Position numbers and translations under genes: made by a program. The notes below the pieces were generated by a model, which did no database searches, had not been told where the DNA came from, and worked only from the letters and a program-made list of their open reading frames with translations. From Elusimicrobiota bacterium (GTDB lineage Bacteria; Elusimicrobiota; Endomicrobiia; CG1-02-37-114; JAHJSO01), in contig JBDRQF010000055.1 in NCBI GenBank assembly GCA_043826435.1, positions 1 to 23,741 of the forward strand: DNA of 23,741 nt, in the 5' to 3' direction. Shown in pieces: positions 1-8,587 of the stretch (positions within the stretch are counted from its first letter, which is position 1; each line of letters starts with the position of its first letter).

Positions 1-91
1 AATGAGAGATTACAGTTCCCTGTGTCTTACGAATAGTTTTTAATTCTTTAATAAGATTTTCAGGCATTCTAACAGCCATTAATTTTGTCAT
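1..91 (-). CDS. Ribbon-helix-helix (CopG/antitoxin-like) DNA-binding protein, N-terminal part; runs off the left edge
   Basis: Not in the ORF track. My translation from ATG 91 is MTKLMAVRMPENLIKELKTIRKTQGTVISH..., an alternating beta-strand, Pro, amphipathic helix and Gly turn typical of RHH proteins. Strong SD GGAGGTGG at 104-97 and a promoter upstream. Confidence 0.65.
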   Translation of the reverse strand, partial: MTKLMAVRMPENLIKELKTIRKTQGTVISH

Positions 92-112
92 CTTTACCAC
101 CTCCGCTATCTA

Positions 113-141
113 TTTATAGCATATTATAACAATTTTGTCAA
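113..141 (-). promoter_or_regulatory. sigma70 promoter for the RHH gene
   Basis: Minus strand: TTGACA (141-136), 17 bp, TATAAA (118-113), with extended TGn. Confidence 0.75.
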
Positions 142-147
142 GAGGGG

Positions 148-561
148 TCATTCACCCATTACTTTTATAATAAGCCGTTTTCGTCTCTGCCCGTCAAATT
201 CAGCATAAAAGACCTGTTGCCAGGGGCCAAGGTCAAGTTTTCCATTTGTAACAGGCACAATCACCTGGTGATGAAACAGGACACTTTTTAAATGTGCGTC
301 TGCGTTTGATTCACCTGTTCTGTGGTGTCTGTAGTCCTTGCGAAACGGGGCAATGACTTCTGCCCATTCCAAAAGGTCGCCTTTTATACCATCTTCTTCG
401 TCGTTGACAAACACCCCTGATGTAATGTGCATTGCGGATACAAGCACAAAACCCTCTTTAATAGCACTTTTTGTTACAATTTTTTGGGCTTCGTCTGTAA
501 TATTTATGAATTCCTTTTGTTTTTTTGTGTTAAACCAGAGATATTCGGTGTGTGTTTTCAT
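148..561 (-). CDS. yjbQ: YjbQ/UPF0047 family protein (secondary thiamine-phosphate synthase family)
   Basis: Motifs [13 protein letters not shown] and [16 protein letters not shown]. Confidence 0.93.
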   Translation of the reverse strand: MKTHTEYLWFNTKKQKEFINITDEAQKIVTKSAIKEGFVLVSAMHITSGVFVNDEEDGIKGDLLEWAEVIAPFRKDYRHHRTGESNADAHLKSVLFHHQVIVPVTNGKLDLGPWQQVFYAEFDGQRRKRLIIKVMGE

Positions 562-570
562 ATTAAGTAT

Positions 571-1236
571 CTATTTATTTTTTAGTGTAATCTGGCCCGG
601 TGCGACCGGTTTTGAAGCAGAAAAATACGACAGGACAGAACCCAGTGACGGCGCAATTATCCTTCCAGGCTGGCCGCATTTTCCCATAGGGATTACAGAA
701 ACCCGCCACTTCTTTGCGTACTTTTCCGTGAACGCAAGCAGGCGAGAGAGGTCCCGTTTATTTTTCACCATACAGGCGATTTTCAGGATGCACTGCCGCG
801 GCGAGCGAAACAGCCCTGTTTTTTTATAACGTTCAAGTATGTGTTTGATAGATGCGCCCGGAGGGGTCATCTTAAAATTGTGGTAAGAGACAATCTTTTT
901 CTTATTTTTTGCAAGCCCGCAGACGGCGTCAAAGATTGACGAGTTGAGTTCAATGTCTATGTAGTCGGCATAGGGGATAATCTTTTTAAAAATGGCAAGA
1001 CGGCTTTTCTCGCTCCCGCTGAATTTTCCCCCCTCGTTTTTCAGCCGTATTGTGGTTATAACGGGCAGCCCGGCAGACCCTTTTATCCTTTTGATGAAAC
1101 GGACGATTTTCCGCGGGTCTGATGCAATGTTTTTGTTCAGCAGGTCAACCCGTAGTTCAATGACGTCCGCCCCTGAATTTTTTATCTTTTTTACTTCGCC
1201 GTAACTGCGGATAACTGCGACCTTTTTCGGTTTCAT
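571..1236 (-). CDS. aroD: Type I 3-dehydroquinate dehydratase
   Basis: GADVIELRVD, R-x3-EGG, YIDIEL, IVSYHNF, Schiff-base LKIA, MG...R, APGQ. ATG 1236 is preferred to 1272 because it avoids overlap with the GH57 gene. Confidence 0.9.
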   Translation of the reverse strand: MKPKKVAVIRSYGEVKKIKNSGADVIELRVDLLNKNIASDPRKIVRFIKRIKGSAGLPVITTIRLKNEGGKFSGSEKSRLAIFKKIIPYADYIDIELNSSIFDAVCGLAKNKKKIVSYHNFKMTPPGASIKHILERYKKTGLFRSPRQCILKIACMVKNKRDLSRLLAFTEKYAKKWRVSVIPMGKCGQPGRIIAPSLGSVLSYFSASKPVAPGQITLKNK

Positions 1237-1246
1237 GTAGGGTGGT

Positions 1247-3541
1247 TTATACTGACCAGTTCTGCGCGGCAAATTCTTCCGTAGGCCTGACGAATTTCAC
1301 GCTCTCCTGGTAAGGCCACTTCTCAATTTCATACAGCGCGCCCCCCTCTACGGATTTTTTCACTGCGACTAAAAATTCAATCGGTTTGTTTATCCCGGCC
1401 TTTATCAGTTCAAAAGGCAGGCATACTTCAATTATTTTATCAAAAGAACATTTTACTTCCCCTGCCCCCGGAGCGGCCCCGGTGGCCGGCAAGGCAGCAA
1501 CGCCTTGCGGGTATTCAATGTCGCATTTCACGGAAAAACCTGTTTCCGCAGACGCATCCGCAGACGGCTGTATTTTAATGGACAGGGTTATCGGTTCCGG
1601 CAGGAGGAAGACAACCTCAAAAACCAGATGGCTGAGGTCATACCCGTTTTCCGTCGGGTCAATCCTTATGTACAGATTTTCCATGTCAAAACCGTAATAA
1701 AATCTGGATACGATTGACTCAACCTGGTGCATCGTCCCGCCCCTGTGGCCGGTTTCGTAAAAACCTGCAGCAAGCCATTCAAAGTAGTTTGTGATTTTCC
1801 CGTCTATAGCCGGCGTTATGAAATCCCTCGGGCCGAATATGTCTTCCTTCCTGAATTTGCCCCTTATGGCTACGTGCAGTTCGTCAGGCACCTCTTCGCC
1901 CAGGAGTTTATAAACGTTCATCAGGTGTTTTCTGAAAAGCGAATCAAACACGTCGTCCATACCCGAGGTGTGGTCGTCCCCGTACCACCAGCACCAGTCG
2001 CTGCCCTCTGCGATATATATTTCTTCAAAAGCGTTCATGACCCCGGGGCTGTCCTTTTTTTCAGGGTGGTCATTTACGTATTTCTCAAGGAAGTCCCTTG
2101 TTTTTGCGAGGTATTCCCACGCGAGATTGTCCTCCGGGTGTCCTATCCATATGCCGAAATTGGCGTTTATCCATGAACCCGGGAATAGGTGCTTCAGGGT
2201 GATTTTCGGTGGATGGGCGTTCATGAATTCGGATATTGTAACGGTTTCAATCGTGCGGTCTTTTTGAATGGCGGAATAAAGTTCTTTCAGAAAGTCCCAG
2301 CCGTCGTTCGGGTAGGTCTCCCAGCAGTTTTCACCGTCAAGTATTACAGACACCAGGCAAGAGTCGGACATTGCCGTTTTGCATACGCTGTTCCGTATCT
2401 GGTGGATCCTTGAAATAAAATCGTTCGCTGCGTCAACCGGGTTCCACCTGTTATATACAAAACCGATTGCGTCGGAAAGCGCCCTGTCCCTGAATATGAT
2501 ATTGACATGCCTCACAGACCCGTCCGGCATGTGTTTCTCAACCATGTAGGGCTGGTATAGCAGTTGCCGTGGGTGCTGCGGCAGGGCTCCTCCCTGCTGT
2601 GTCCTTATCGTGTTGAACAGTATTTCTTCGTCGGTAGCAATCCATTTTATGCCGGCGTCTGCGACAACAGGGACAATGTCCTCGCTTACAGACCCCTCTG
2701 ACGGCCACATACCCTGCGGTTTCCTGCCGAATATTTTTTCATAATACTCCACGGCTTTAGTTACCTGCGAAACGACGTCCTCAGGCCTTGAAAATTTTTT
2801 CGGAAGCAACATGCCCGGCATGCTTATTTTTGCAATGTCTGTGTTGTACACCAGCGGGAGTATGGGATGATAAAAGGGCGTCATAGATACTTCAATCTGG
2901 CCTTTGTCCTGCAACTCCCTGTATATGGTCAGGATACTGCCGCATATTTCCCTGTGCTTATTTATCAACCGGAACTTTTCTTCCTCGGTAAAATTCCTCC
3001 CCTTTTCCTGCAGATATTTCAGGAAGTCGTCCTTCTGCCGCCAGTAGCGGTCTAACCATGAAAGGTTAAACCAGACCTGCAGGTCCCTGAAGTCCTGTTC
3101 GGAGAAATATCCCTGTATCCGGCTAAGTTCACCGAAGGGCGCGCGCTTCCCTCTCTTGTGCAGGAGTTCCCTGTAGCGGGGGTGGACCTCAATCATATTT
3201 TCCCGGTTTGCCATAAAGAATGAGTGCAGGACGAATACCTTTTCATCCTGCGTCAGTTCGCCGGCAGGTTTTAACGTAAGGTATATCTGTTTGTCGTAGG
3301 CAAGCCCCCTGGCGTACTCGTCTAATTGCACGAGTAGCGACGGCACCAGGTTAAAGTTCATTTTTATTGATGGGAAGTCCTTGAGGATTGCCGCAGTGTC
3401 GTAATAGTCCTTGGTGGCATGCAGGCGCGCCCAGGGCATTGCATACTCAATATGACCCGTTGACGGGTCAGTGCCTCCCGCGGGGGTATCCCTGTACATC
3501 GGTTGGTGATGATGCCATAAAAATGCAAGGTATGTCTTCAT
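1247..3541 (-). CDS. Glycoside hydrolase family 57 (amylopullulanase-like) with a C-terminal beta domain
   Basis: WHHHQP, PFYHPILP, GMWPSEG (nucleophile Glu), ILDGEN (acid/base Asp), AEGSDWCWW. Confidence 0.92.
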   Translation of the reverse strand: MKTYLAFLWHHHQPMYRDTPAGGTDPSTGHIEYAMPWARLHATKDYYDTAAILKDFPSIKMNFNLVPSLLVQLDEYARGLAYDKQIYLTLKPAGELTQDEKVFVLHSFFMANRENMIEVHPRYRELLHKRGKRAPFGELSRIQGYFSEQDFRDLQVWFNLSWLDRYWRQKDDFLKYLQEKGRNFTEEEKFRLINKHREICGSILTIYRELQDKGQIEVSMTPFYHPILPLVYNTDIAKISMPGMLLPKKFSRPEDVVSQVTKAVEYYEKIFGRKPQGMWPSEGSVSEDIVPVVADAGIKWIATDEEILFNTIRTQQGGALPQHPRQLLYQPYMVEKHMPDGSVRHVNIIFRDRALSDAIGFVYNRWNPVDAANDFISRIHQIRNSVCKTAMSDSCLVSVILDGENCWETYPNDGWDFLKELYSAIQKDRTIETVTISEFMNAHPPKITLKHLFPGSWINANFGIWIGHPEDNLAWEYLAKTRDFLEKYVNDHPEKKDSPGVMNAFEEIYIAEGSDWCWWYGDDHTSGMDDVFDSLFRKHLMNVYKLLGEEVPDELHVAIRGKFRKEDIFGPRDFITPAIDGKITNYFEWLAAGFYETGHRGGTMHQVESIVSRFYYGFDMENLYIRIDPTENGYDLSHLVFEVVFLLPEPITLSIKIQPSADASAETGFSVKCDIEYPQGVAALPATGAAPGAGEVKCSFDKIIEVCLPFELIKAGINKPIEFLVAVKKSVEGGALYEIEKWPYQESVKFVRPTEEFAAQNWSV

Positions 3542-3543
3542 TA

Positions 3544-4929
3544 TTAGAATCTACAATTCGTTTCAAAAAGGAAATATTCACTCGGTTCCTTGTTAAGCCA
3601 GACATCCGGGAATGTCGGCGGAGTATAACGGGCATAAAGGAGTTTGAAGTCCAGATATTTGGAGTGGATGAATTTCATTGAGAGGTTCAGTTCAATGCCG
3701 AGGTTAAATTTCTGATTCAAGTACAATTTTTCAAAATTGGACGATTTCGGTGCGAAAGGTTCGTTTATGAAATAATTTACGTCCGCGGCGGAATAAAGAA
3801 AGTAGGCGGTGCCGAATTCCCATCCATACCACGGGGAAAATACGGCGCCGAGGTTTATAAACCCGAAGCCGGAAAAATATTCCCAGATGTTGTCCCAGAA
3901 AGTATCATAGGTAGTTATGCCCATAAACTCTCCGCCGATAAGGCCGCTTCTGGTGAGACCGTCGTATTTTTTGGTGTATGCCGGGGTGAACCGCCTGTCC
4001 TCGGCGTTGTTGGTCACGGCAAACATCCTATCGCCTGAAGAAGTCATAAGCGAGGCGTTTGCGGTGAATCGCCCCAAGTTCGTTTTTTTCGACGACAGTT
4101 GGCCTCTCAATAAACAGGCGCTGCCGTCCAGTCGGTATTCTTCGCCCGTGCTGCTTATTATTTTCCCTTTCTGGATGGCATACTCAACACTGTAAAACCC
4201 GCCTATCAGCGGTTTTCTCAGACGCAAATCATAGAAACTCTTTATTATCTGTTTTGTTGCCGGGGATATTCTGGTTGAAGGCAATCGGTATATACTGCCG
4301 GAGCCGTCAACTTCATTGAAATAACCCGTTTCAAACAGTATTTTTTTGGGTTCAAACGAAACAACAACGCCCGTTATGTCAGCGTCGCTTGAAGGGGTAA
4401 ATTTCTCTATGGTTTTTGCGGTAAAGACGTCCGTTTTCAGATTGTATAGTTGCGGGTGTCTCATGATAAATCTAAGAGCGTTTAAGCCAGAGCCATTGTC
4501 CGACACAATCAATCCATCCCCGTACTCTAGCGGTTGTCTCCCGATTATTATTGTCACGGGATAGCCGCCGAAGTTGTCCGCTTTTATGTATGCATTTTCA
4601 ATAAAGGGGACGTGGTTTATGTTGGGATAGGGATACTCCCTCTGCCAGGAGAAGTCGGTCGGGGTGGTTGTGCTCCCGACGACGCCTATCGCCTGCAGGC
4701 GCGTGTGCACCTCAATGCCAGGGGCGAATTTGCCGACGAGCGAAACCCGGAGCCGCGATGAGTAGAAAGAGCGTGCGTCCGTTGAGACGCTTGTGTCAAA
4801 ATCCAGGTTCGGGTAGGAAATGCCCTTCAGTTGATAGTCGTTGGTTATTTCAAGGGATGCAGAGTGAAGTTCTGCAATTTGAAAGAACCCGTAGATTGAA
4901 ATCACACATAAACAAACTTTATATTTCAT
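3544..4929 (-). CDS. Putative outer-membrane beta-barrel (alginate-export/porin-like)
   Basis: Signal-peptide-like N-terminus, IENAYI and IIGRQPLEYGDG segments typical of alginate-export-like barrels, amphipathic strands, C-terminal Phe. Confidence 0.6.
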   Translation of the reverse strand: MKYKVCLCVISIYGFFQIAELHSASLEITNDYQLKGISYPNLDFDTSVSTDARSFYSSRLRVSLVGKFAPGIEVHTRLQAIGVVGSTTTPTDFSWQREYPYPNINHVPFIENAYIKADNFGGYPVTIIIGRQPLEYGDGLIVSDNGSGLNALRFIMRHPQLYNLKTDVFTAKTIEKFTPSSDADITGVVVSFEPKKILFETGYFNEVDGSGSIYRLPSTRISPATKQIIKSFYDLRLRKPLIGGFYSVEYAIQKGKIISSTGEEYRLDGSACLLRGQLSSKKTNLGRFTANASLMTSSGDRMFAVTNNAEDRRFTPAYTKKYDGLTRSGLIGGEFMGITTYDTFWDNIWEYFSGFGFINLGAVFSPWYGWEFGTAYFLYSAADVNYFINEPFAPKSSNFEKLYLNQKFNLGIELNLSMKFIHSKYLDFKLLYARYTPPTFPDVWLNKEPSEYFLFETNCRF

Positions 4930-4940
4930 TATATTTCATA

Positions 4941-4993
4941 TACAAAACAGGGCACTGACAAGAAGTTTTTAATCCTGCATGCCAGCGCCCTGT
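4941..4993 (-). terminator. Intrinsic-terminator-like hairpin between the two barrel genes
   Basis: Minus RNA forms a 14-bp stem ACAGGGCGCUGGCA/UGUCAGUGCCCUGU. It has two G-U pairs that form only on this strand and runs into UUUUGUA. The 19-nt loop is long. Confidence 0.55.
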
Positions 4994-5074
4994 CCTTGAT
5001 CACATTCCGTTTCCCTCTGGGAACCGGGTGCTCCTTAAATAACCTTCCGTTTTTCTATCGCTTTTTACCAGATA

Positions 5075-5656
5075 CTAAAACTTCAGTGCAACCCCAAGTG
5101 TGATAGTGATACCGTTGAGGTTTGTGAAATTTTGGCCACCGGCAACAAATCCACCCGGCACGGCTATATCATTGATTTCAACAAAACGGTAACCAATGTT
5201 CGCACTTAAACTTGTTGTCACCTGTTTGCCTGCCGACTCATAGGATACACCACCGAAGATTCCGATAAGCGGTGCAACCTGAGAAATTCCAGCAGGTGCC
5301 GCAACTGTTCCGGCAAGTCCAGTCGTTAGAACTGAACCGAGTTCAATTCCCACGCTCACGGGCAGTCCGACAGGGCTTGCAATTTCTTTTGTCACTTCAA
5401 TTGCATTTATCTGTGTCGCTATACGGAAGTTACTTGCAGATGCCTGGGCGTCCGTAACAGTGATGTTTCCCTGTTCCGTCTTGTAGCCCGCTGTAAATTT
5501 TTCTAAATCGTATGAAAATCCGAAGGTTGTGTTAAGCCCCATGATTCTTGTGTCAGCGTACATATTGTAGCCGGGACCTATTTTGAAGGTCACTGCTGAG
5601 AAAACTGTGCCTGAACAAATAAACAGCACGCTCAATAAAACAGCAAATTTTTTCAT
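5075..5656 (-). CDS. Small outer-membrane beta-barrel protein
   Basis: Signal peptide MKKFAVLLSVLF...FSA, amphipathic strands, C-terminal LGVALKF, SD AAGGGGG. Confidence 0.7.
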   Translation of the reverse strand: MKKFAVLLSVLFICSGTVFSAVTFKIGPGYNMYADTRIMGLNTTFGFSYDLEKFTAGYKTEQGNITVTDAQASASNFRIATQINAIEVTKEIASPVGLPVSVGIELGSVLTTGLAGTVAAPAGISQVAPLIGIFGGVSYESAGKQVTTSLSANIGYRFVEINDIAVPGGFVAGGQNFTNLNGITITLGVALKF

Positions 5657-5789
5657 GATTTTTCCCCCTTAAAAAATTGTTCCGCTTCTCTGCTACTTCG
5701 TCTGTGACGATTTAAAACTTCCGCCTTTTCACCCCCCTGCCTGGCAGACATTTTCCCGCGTCAGTACATCAGGGAAACCAGACACAGTA

Positions 5790-5818
5790 ATATTACCAAT
5801 TTTTTAAAAATATGTCAA
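5790..5818 (-). promoter_or_regulatory. sigma70 promoter upstream of the small barrel gene
   Basis: TTGACA (5818-5813, overlapping the TPR stop), 17 bp, TAATAT (5795-5790), with extended TGG. Confidence 0.6.
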
Positions 5819-6582
5819 GGGGTGTCAGGAGTTTCTGTGGGTTGCGTTTGTCCCTGTGGTGTAGTTGGTTGCTGGGGTACACTGGTTTGTCGTTCAGGTG
5901 TTGCGGCGGGTTGTTGCGGTACAGGGCTCCGTTGTGCCGGCGGGGTTGCCCCCGACTGCGGGGTCTGTTGCTGCTGTAGGCGGGATGCCCAATAGGTGCC
6001 TGGATAGTATGTGACTATTTTTTCAAATGTCTTCTGGGCTTCGTCGTTTCTTCCCATCAGTATATAAACCCGCGCAATAGAGTCATAAATCCTCGGGGCA
6101 AGGTAGTGTTCGGGAAATTTTTCAATGAACTGCTGGTACACCAGTAGGGCGCCGGGGTAGTCGCCGAGGTTTTCTTTTGAAAGTCCCGCGCCCGAATAGG
6201 CAAAAGGCACTATTGTTTTTGGCGAGTCCTTTTCAAGAATCTGCTGGTAAATTGATGCGGCAAGGTTATAATTCCCCGTGTTGAAGGATACATCCGCCTT
6301 TAACAGCCGGGCATACTGGGATACGTCCGCATTGGAATATTTGTTTATTACATCATCAAGCAACTGTATTGCCTGGTCGGTCATATTTTGAGAGACATAG
6401 CCCTGGGCAAAGGATATTTTTCCCCATGCCTGTTTTTTTGCTTCCGTATATCGGGCGACGAAAAATATTCCCAGCGCGCCAAATATTATAACGGCGCCCA
6501 ATATGCCTGCGACCGTCTGCCAGTATGGTTTTACCTTTTCAATAAACGGCTGGAGCAATTCAAGAATCTCTTCTTTTTTCAT
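5815..6582 (-). CDS. Membrane-anchored TPR protein (YfgM/CpoB-like) with a Pro/Gln-rich tail
   Basis: One N-terminal TM helix, TPR repeats (YQQFIEKFPEHYLA, FEKIVTYYPGT), low-complexity C-terminus. Start taken at ATG 6582 (MKKEEIL), with GGGGGA upstream. Confidence 0.75.
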   Translation of the reverse strand: MKKEEILELLQPFIEKVKPYWQTVAGILGAVIIFGALGIFFVARYTEAKKQAWGKISFAQGYVSQNMTDQAIQLLDDVINKYSNADVSQYARLLKADVSFNTGNYNLAASIYQQILEKDSPKTIVPFAYSGAGLSKENLGDYPGALLVYQQFIEKFPEHYLAPRIYDSIARVYILMGRNDEAQKTFEKIVTYYPGTYWASRLQQQQTPQSGATPPAQRSPVPQQPAATPERQTSVPQQPTTPQGQTQPTETPDTP

Positions 6583-6634
6583 TGTATTTACTATTCCCCC
6601 CGCAAATACGGGTATTCCGGGGCAACCAATTTTC

Positions 6635-6658
6635 GGGGTCAGGTCTTGACATTTGACA
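6635..6658. repeat. Orphan GGGGTCAGGTCTTGACATTTGACA motif resembling a TIR/REP end
   Basis: From memory it resembles GGGG(A/T)CAG-type terminal repeats of Y1-transposase-associated elements. No inverted partner was seen nearby. Confidence 0.4.
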
Positions 6659-6699
6659 AATTCCGTGACAATCAATTACGGTATCATGAACGAGATATA

Positions 6700-6773
6700 T
6701 GCGCCCAGCGCGAGTCGAACGCGCGGCCTAGCGCTTAGGAGGCGCTCGCTCTATCCAGCTGAGCTATGGGCGC
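6700..6773 (-). tRNA. tRNA-Arg(CCT)
   Basis: Cloverleaf: acceptor GCGCCCA/TGGGCGC, anticodon arm AGCGC-CTCCTAA-GCGCT, T-loop TTCGACT. CCA is not encoded. Confidence 0.95.
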
Positions 6774-6813
6774 GCATAATACCGGTTTGCCGACCGGGTT
6801 GTTGTCCCGGCTT

Positions 6814-7332
6814 TTAATATGTTATAAGAGCGAACACATCCTGATATCCCTTAAGTTTTTCTCTCGGATTGAGAAACGACAGTTCAATAAGAAATGCCAT
6901 GCCGACGGTTTCCGCGCCCAATTTCCGGATAAGTTCTCCGACGGCTGCGGCAGTGCCGCCCGTGGCAAGGACGTCATCAACAATGAGCACCTTTTCTCCG
7001 GGGGTTATTGCGTCCCGGTGAATCTCAAGTACGTCTGTCCCGTATTCAAGAGTGTATTCAACCTTTTCCGTCTTGTGCGGGAGTTTACCCTTTTTTCTTA
7101 CCGGTACGAACCCGCACCCCAATTTATATGCGACGACAGAGCCGATAATGAACCCCCTGGATTCCATGCTTACAATTTTGTCTATTTTAATGTTTTTGTA
7201 ACGTTCGCAGAGCAGGTCAATCGTTTTTCTGAACGCCGCTCCGTCTTTCAATACGGGCGTGATGTCCTTGAATATTATACCTTTTTTCGGGAAATCAGGA
7301 ACATCACGGATAATCTTTTTTAGTTCTTCCAT
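6814..7332 (-). CDS. apt: Adenine phosphoribosyltransferase
   Basis: PDFPKKGIIFKDIT, ESRGF, RKKGKLP, LEYG, PRPP motif VLIVDDVLATGGT. Confidence 0.97.
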   Translation of the reverse strand: MEELKKIIRDVPDFPKKGIIFKDITPVLKDGAAFRKTIDLLCERYKNIKIDKIVSMESRGFIIGSVVAYKLGCGFVPVRKKGKLPHKTEKVEYTLEYGTDVLEIHRDAITPGEKVLIVDDVLATGGTAAAVGELIRKLGAETVGMAFLIELSFLNPREKLKGYQDVFALITY

Positions 7333-7346
7333 TTTACCCCCCCCTT

Positions 7347-7388
7347 ACAGCCAGCCGGACAGTCCGCACAGCCAGCCGGACAGTCCGC
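7347..7388. repeat. Perfect tandem repeat, 2 x 21 bp (acagccagccggacagtccgc)
   Basis: Identical copies at 7347-7367 and 7368-7388, between the sigma stop and the apt RBS. Confidence 0.9.
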
Positions 7389-7392
7389 GTTG

Positions 7393-8220
7393 TTATGTCA
7401 ATTTCATTTTATGCGCTATCCACTTTAACTGGTAGAGCGCCCTTTTTTCTATCTGACGGACGCGTTCGCGCGATATTTTCATCTTTTTCCCGACTTCATC
7501 CAGCGTGAGTTTCTTTGTCCCGCCAAGCCCGTATCTGAGTTTCAGGATTTTACTATTCCGCGGGTTCATCTTATTGAGCGCCTGGCCGAGATCGTCCTTG
7601 AAACGGAGCGCCCCTATCAATACATCCGGCGTCTGGGATGTCTTGTCGGAAATTACGTCTTTCATAAACAGTTCGCCGTTCTCGTCTATGGGGGTATCAA
7701 GCGAACTTAAACCATGCGATATCTCAATCGTATTCATCAAGTCCATCCCCTGCTTCGGGGAGATTCGGAGTTTTTGCGTCATCTCGGTCAGCGTGGGAGA
7801 ACGGCCGAGGTTGGAGCGCAGTTGTTCCCAGTTCTTTATCCATTTTCTGAGAGAATCCCATGTGTGCGGCGGTATCCTGATTGTCCTTGAGTGTTCTTTA
7901 ACCGCCTTTCTGATACGCTGGTCTATCCAGTACATTGCGTATGTGGAAAATTTAACCTTTTTCTTCGGGTTGAATTTTTCAATCGCTTTCATAAGCCCTA
8001 TATTGCCTTCTTCAATCAAATCCAGCAGGGCTATATTTCTTCTCAGATATCTTCTCGCCACTGGCAATACGAGTTTCAGGTTAAACTCCGCAAGTTTTTT
8101 CTTTGCGGCTCTGCTGCCCTTTTTCGCCTTTTTCCACAACGCCTCAAGGCCTTCCTTCGTTGGTTCGGGCAGACGTTCTATTTCAGCAAAATACCAGCTT
8201 AAAGGATTTTCAAGTTTCAT
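7393..8220 (-). CDS. sigma70-family factor, RpoD/RpoS-like, lacking region 1.1
   Basis: Region 1.2 (PLSWYFAEI), region 2 (NLKLV, DLIEEGNIGLMKAIEKF, KFSTYA), RTIRIP, SLDTPI, region 4 HTH (TLDEVG...SRERVRQIE). Confidence 0.93.
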   Translation of the reverse strand: MKLENPLSWYFAEIERLPEPTKEGLEALWKKAKKGSRAAKKKLAEFNLKLVLPVARRYLRRNIALLDLIEEGNIGLMKAIEKFNPKKKVKFSTYAMYWIDQRIRKAVKEHSRTIRIPPHTWDSLRKWIKNWEQLRSNLGRSPTLTEMTQKLRISPKQGMDLMNTIEISHGLSSLDTPIDENGELFMKDVISDKTSQTPDVLIGALRFKDDLGQALNKMNPRNSKILKLRYGLGGTKKLTLDEVGKKMKISRERVRQIEKRALYQLKWIAHKMKLT

Positions 8221-8221
8221 A

Positions 8222-8500
8222 TCAATAATATTTTACAAAAAAATTTGAATAATTTCCAGTGGGATCAAACCAATTCGTCTCAACGGACTTTACTATCGCC
8301 CATTTGTGTTCAGTTTTCAGCCGGGCGATGAACCTGTCCAAATCAGTTTTTTCCCCCTCCGCATCTATTTCAACGGAGCCGTCGGGTTTGTTTAGTACCC
8401 ATCCGACTATACCGAGCGACTGCGCCAGACGGACGGCGAAATACCTGTAACCGACCCCCTGGACTTCGCCGTCAATTATTATGTGTATCCGTGATTGCAT
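8222..8500 (-). CDS. acyP: Acylphosphatase
   Basis: GEVQGVGYR and GWVLNKPDGSVE signatures. Confidence 0.95.
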   Translation of the reverse strand: MQSRIHIIIDGEVQGVGYRYFAVRLAQSLGIVGWVLNKPDGSVEIDAEGEKTDLDRFIARLKTEHKWAIVKSVETNWFDPTGNYSNFFVKYY

Positions 8501-8587
8501 TTCTTACTTATCCACTGTGGCGACAGGGAGCCCCTTATGTATTGCCGCACATGTGTTTCCTGTGCATCCGTCGGGGCGCCGGGCCAC

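Noticed and set aside
6583..6675. N-terminal extension of the TPR ORF (MIVTEFVKCQDLTP...)
   Set aside because: It translates the TIR-like motif; ATG 6582 gives a normal N-terminus
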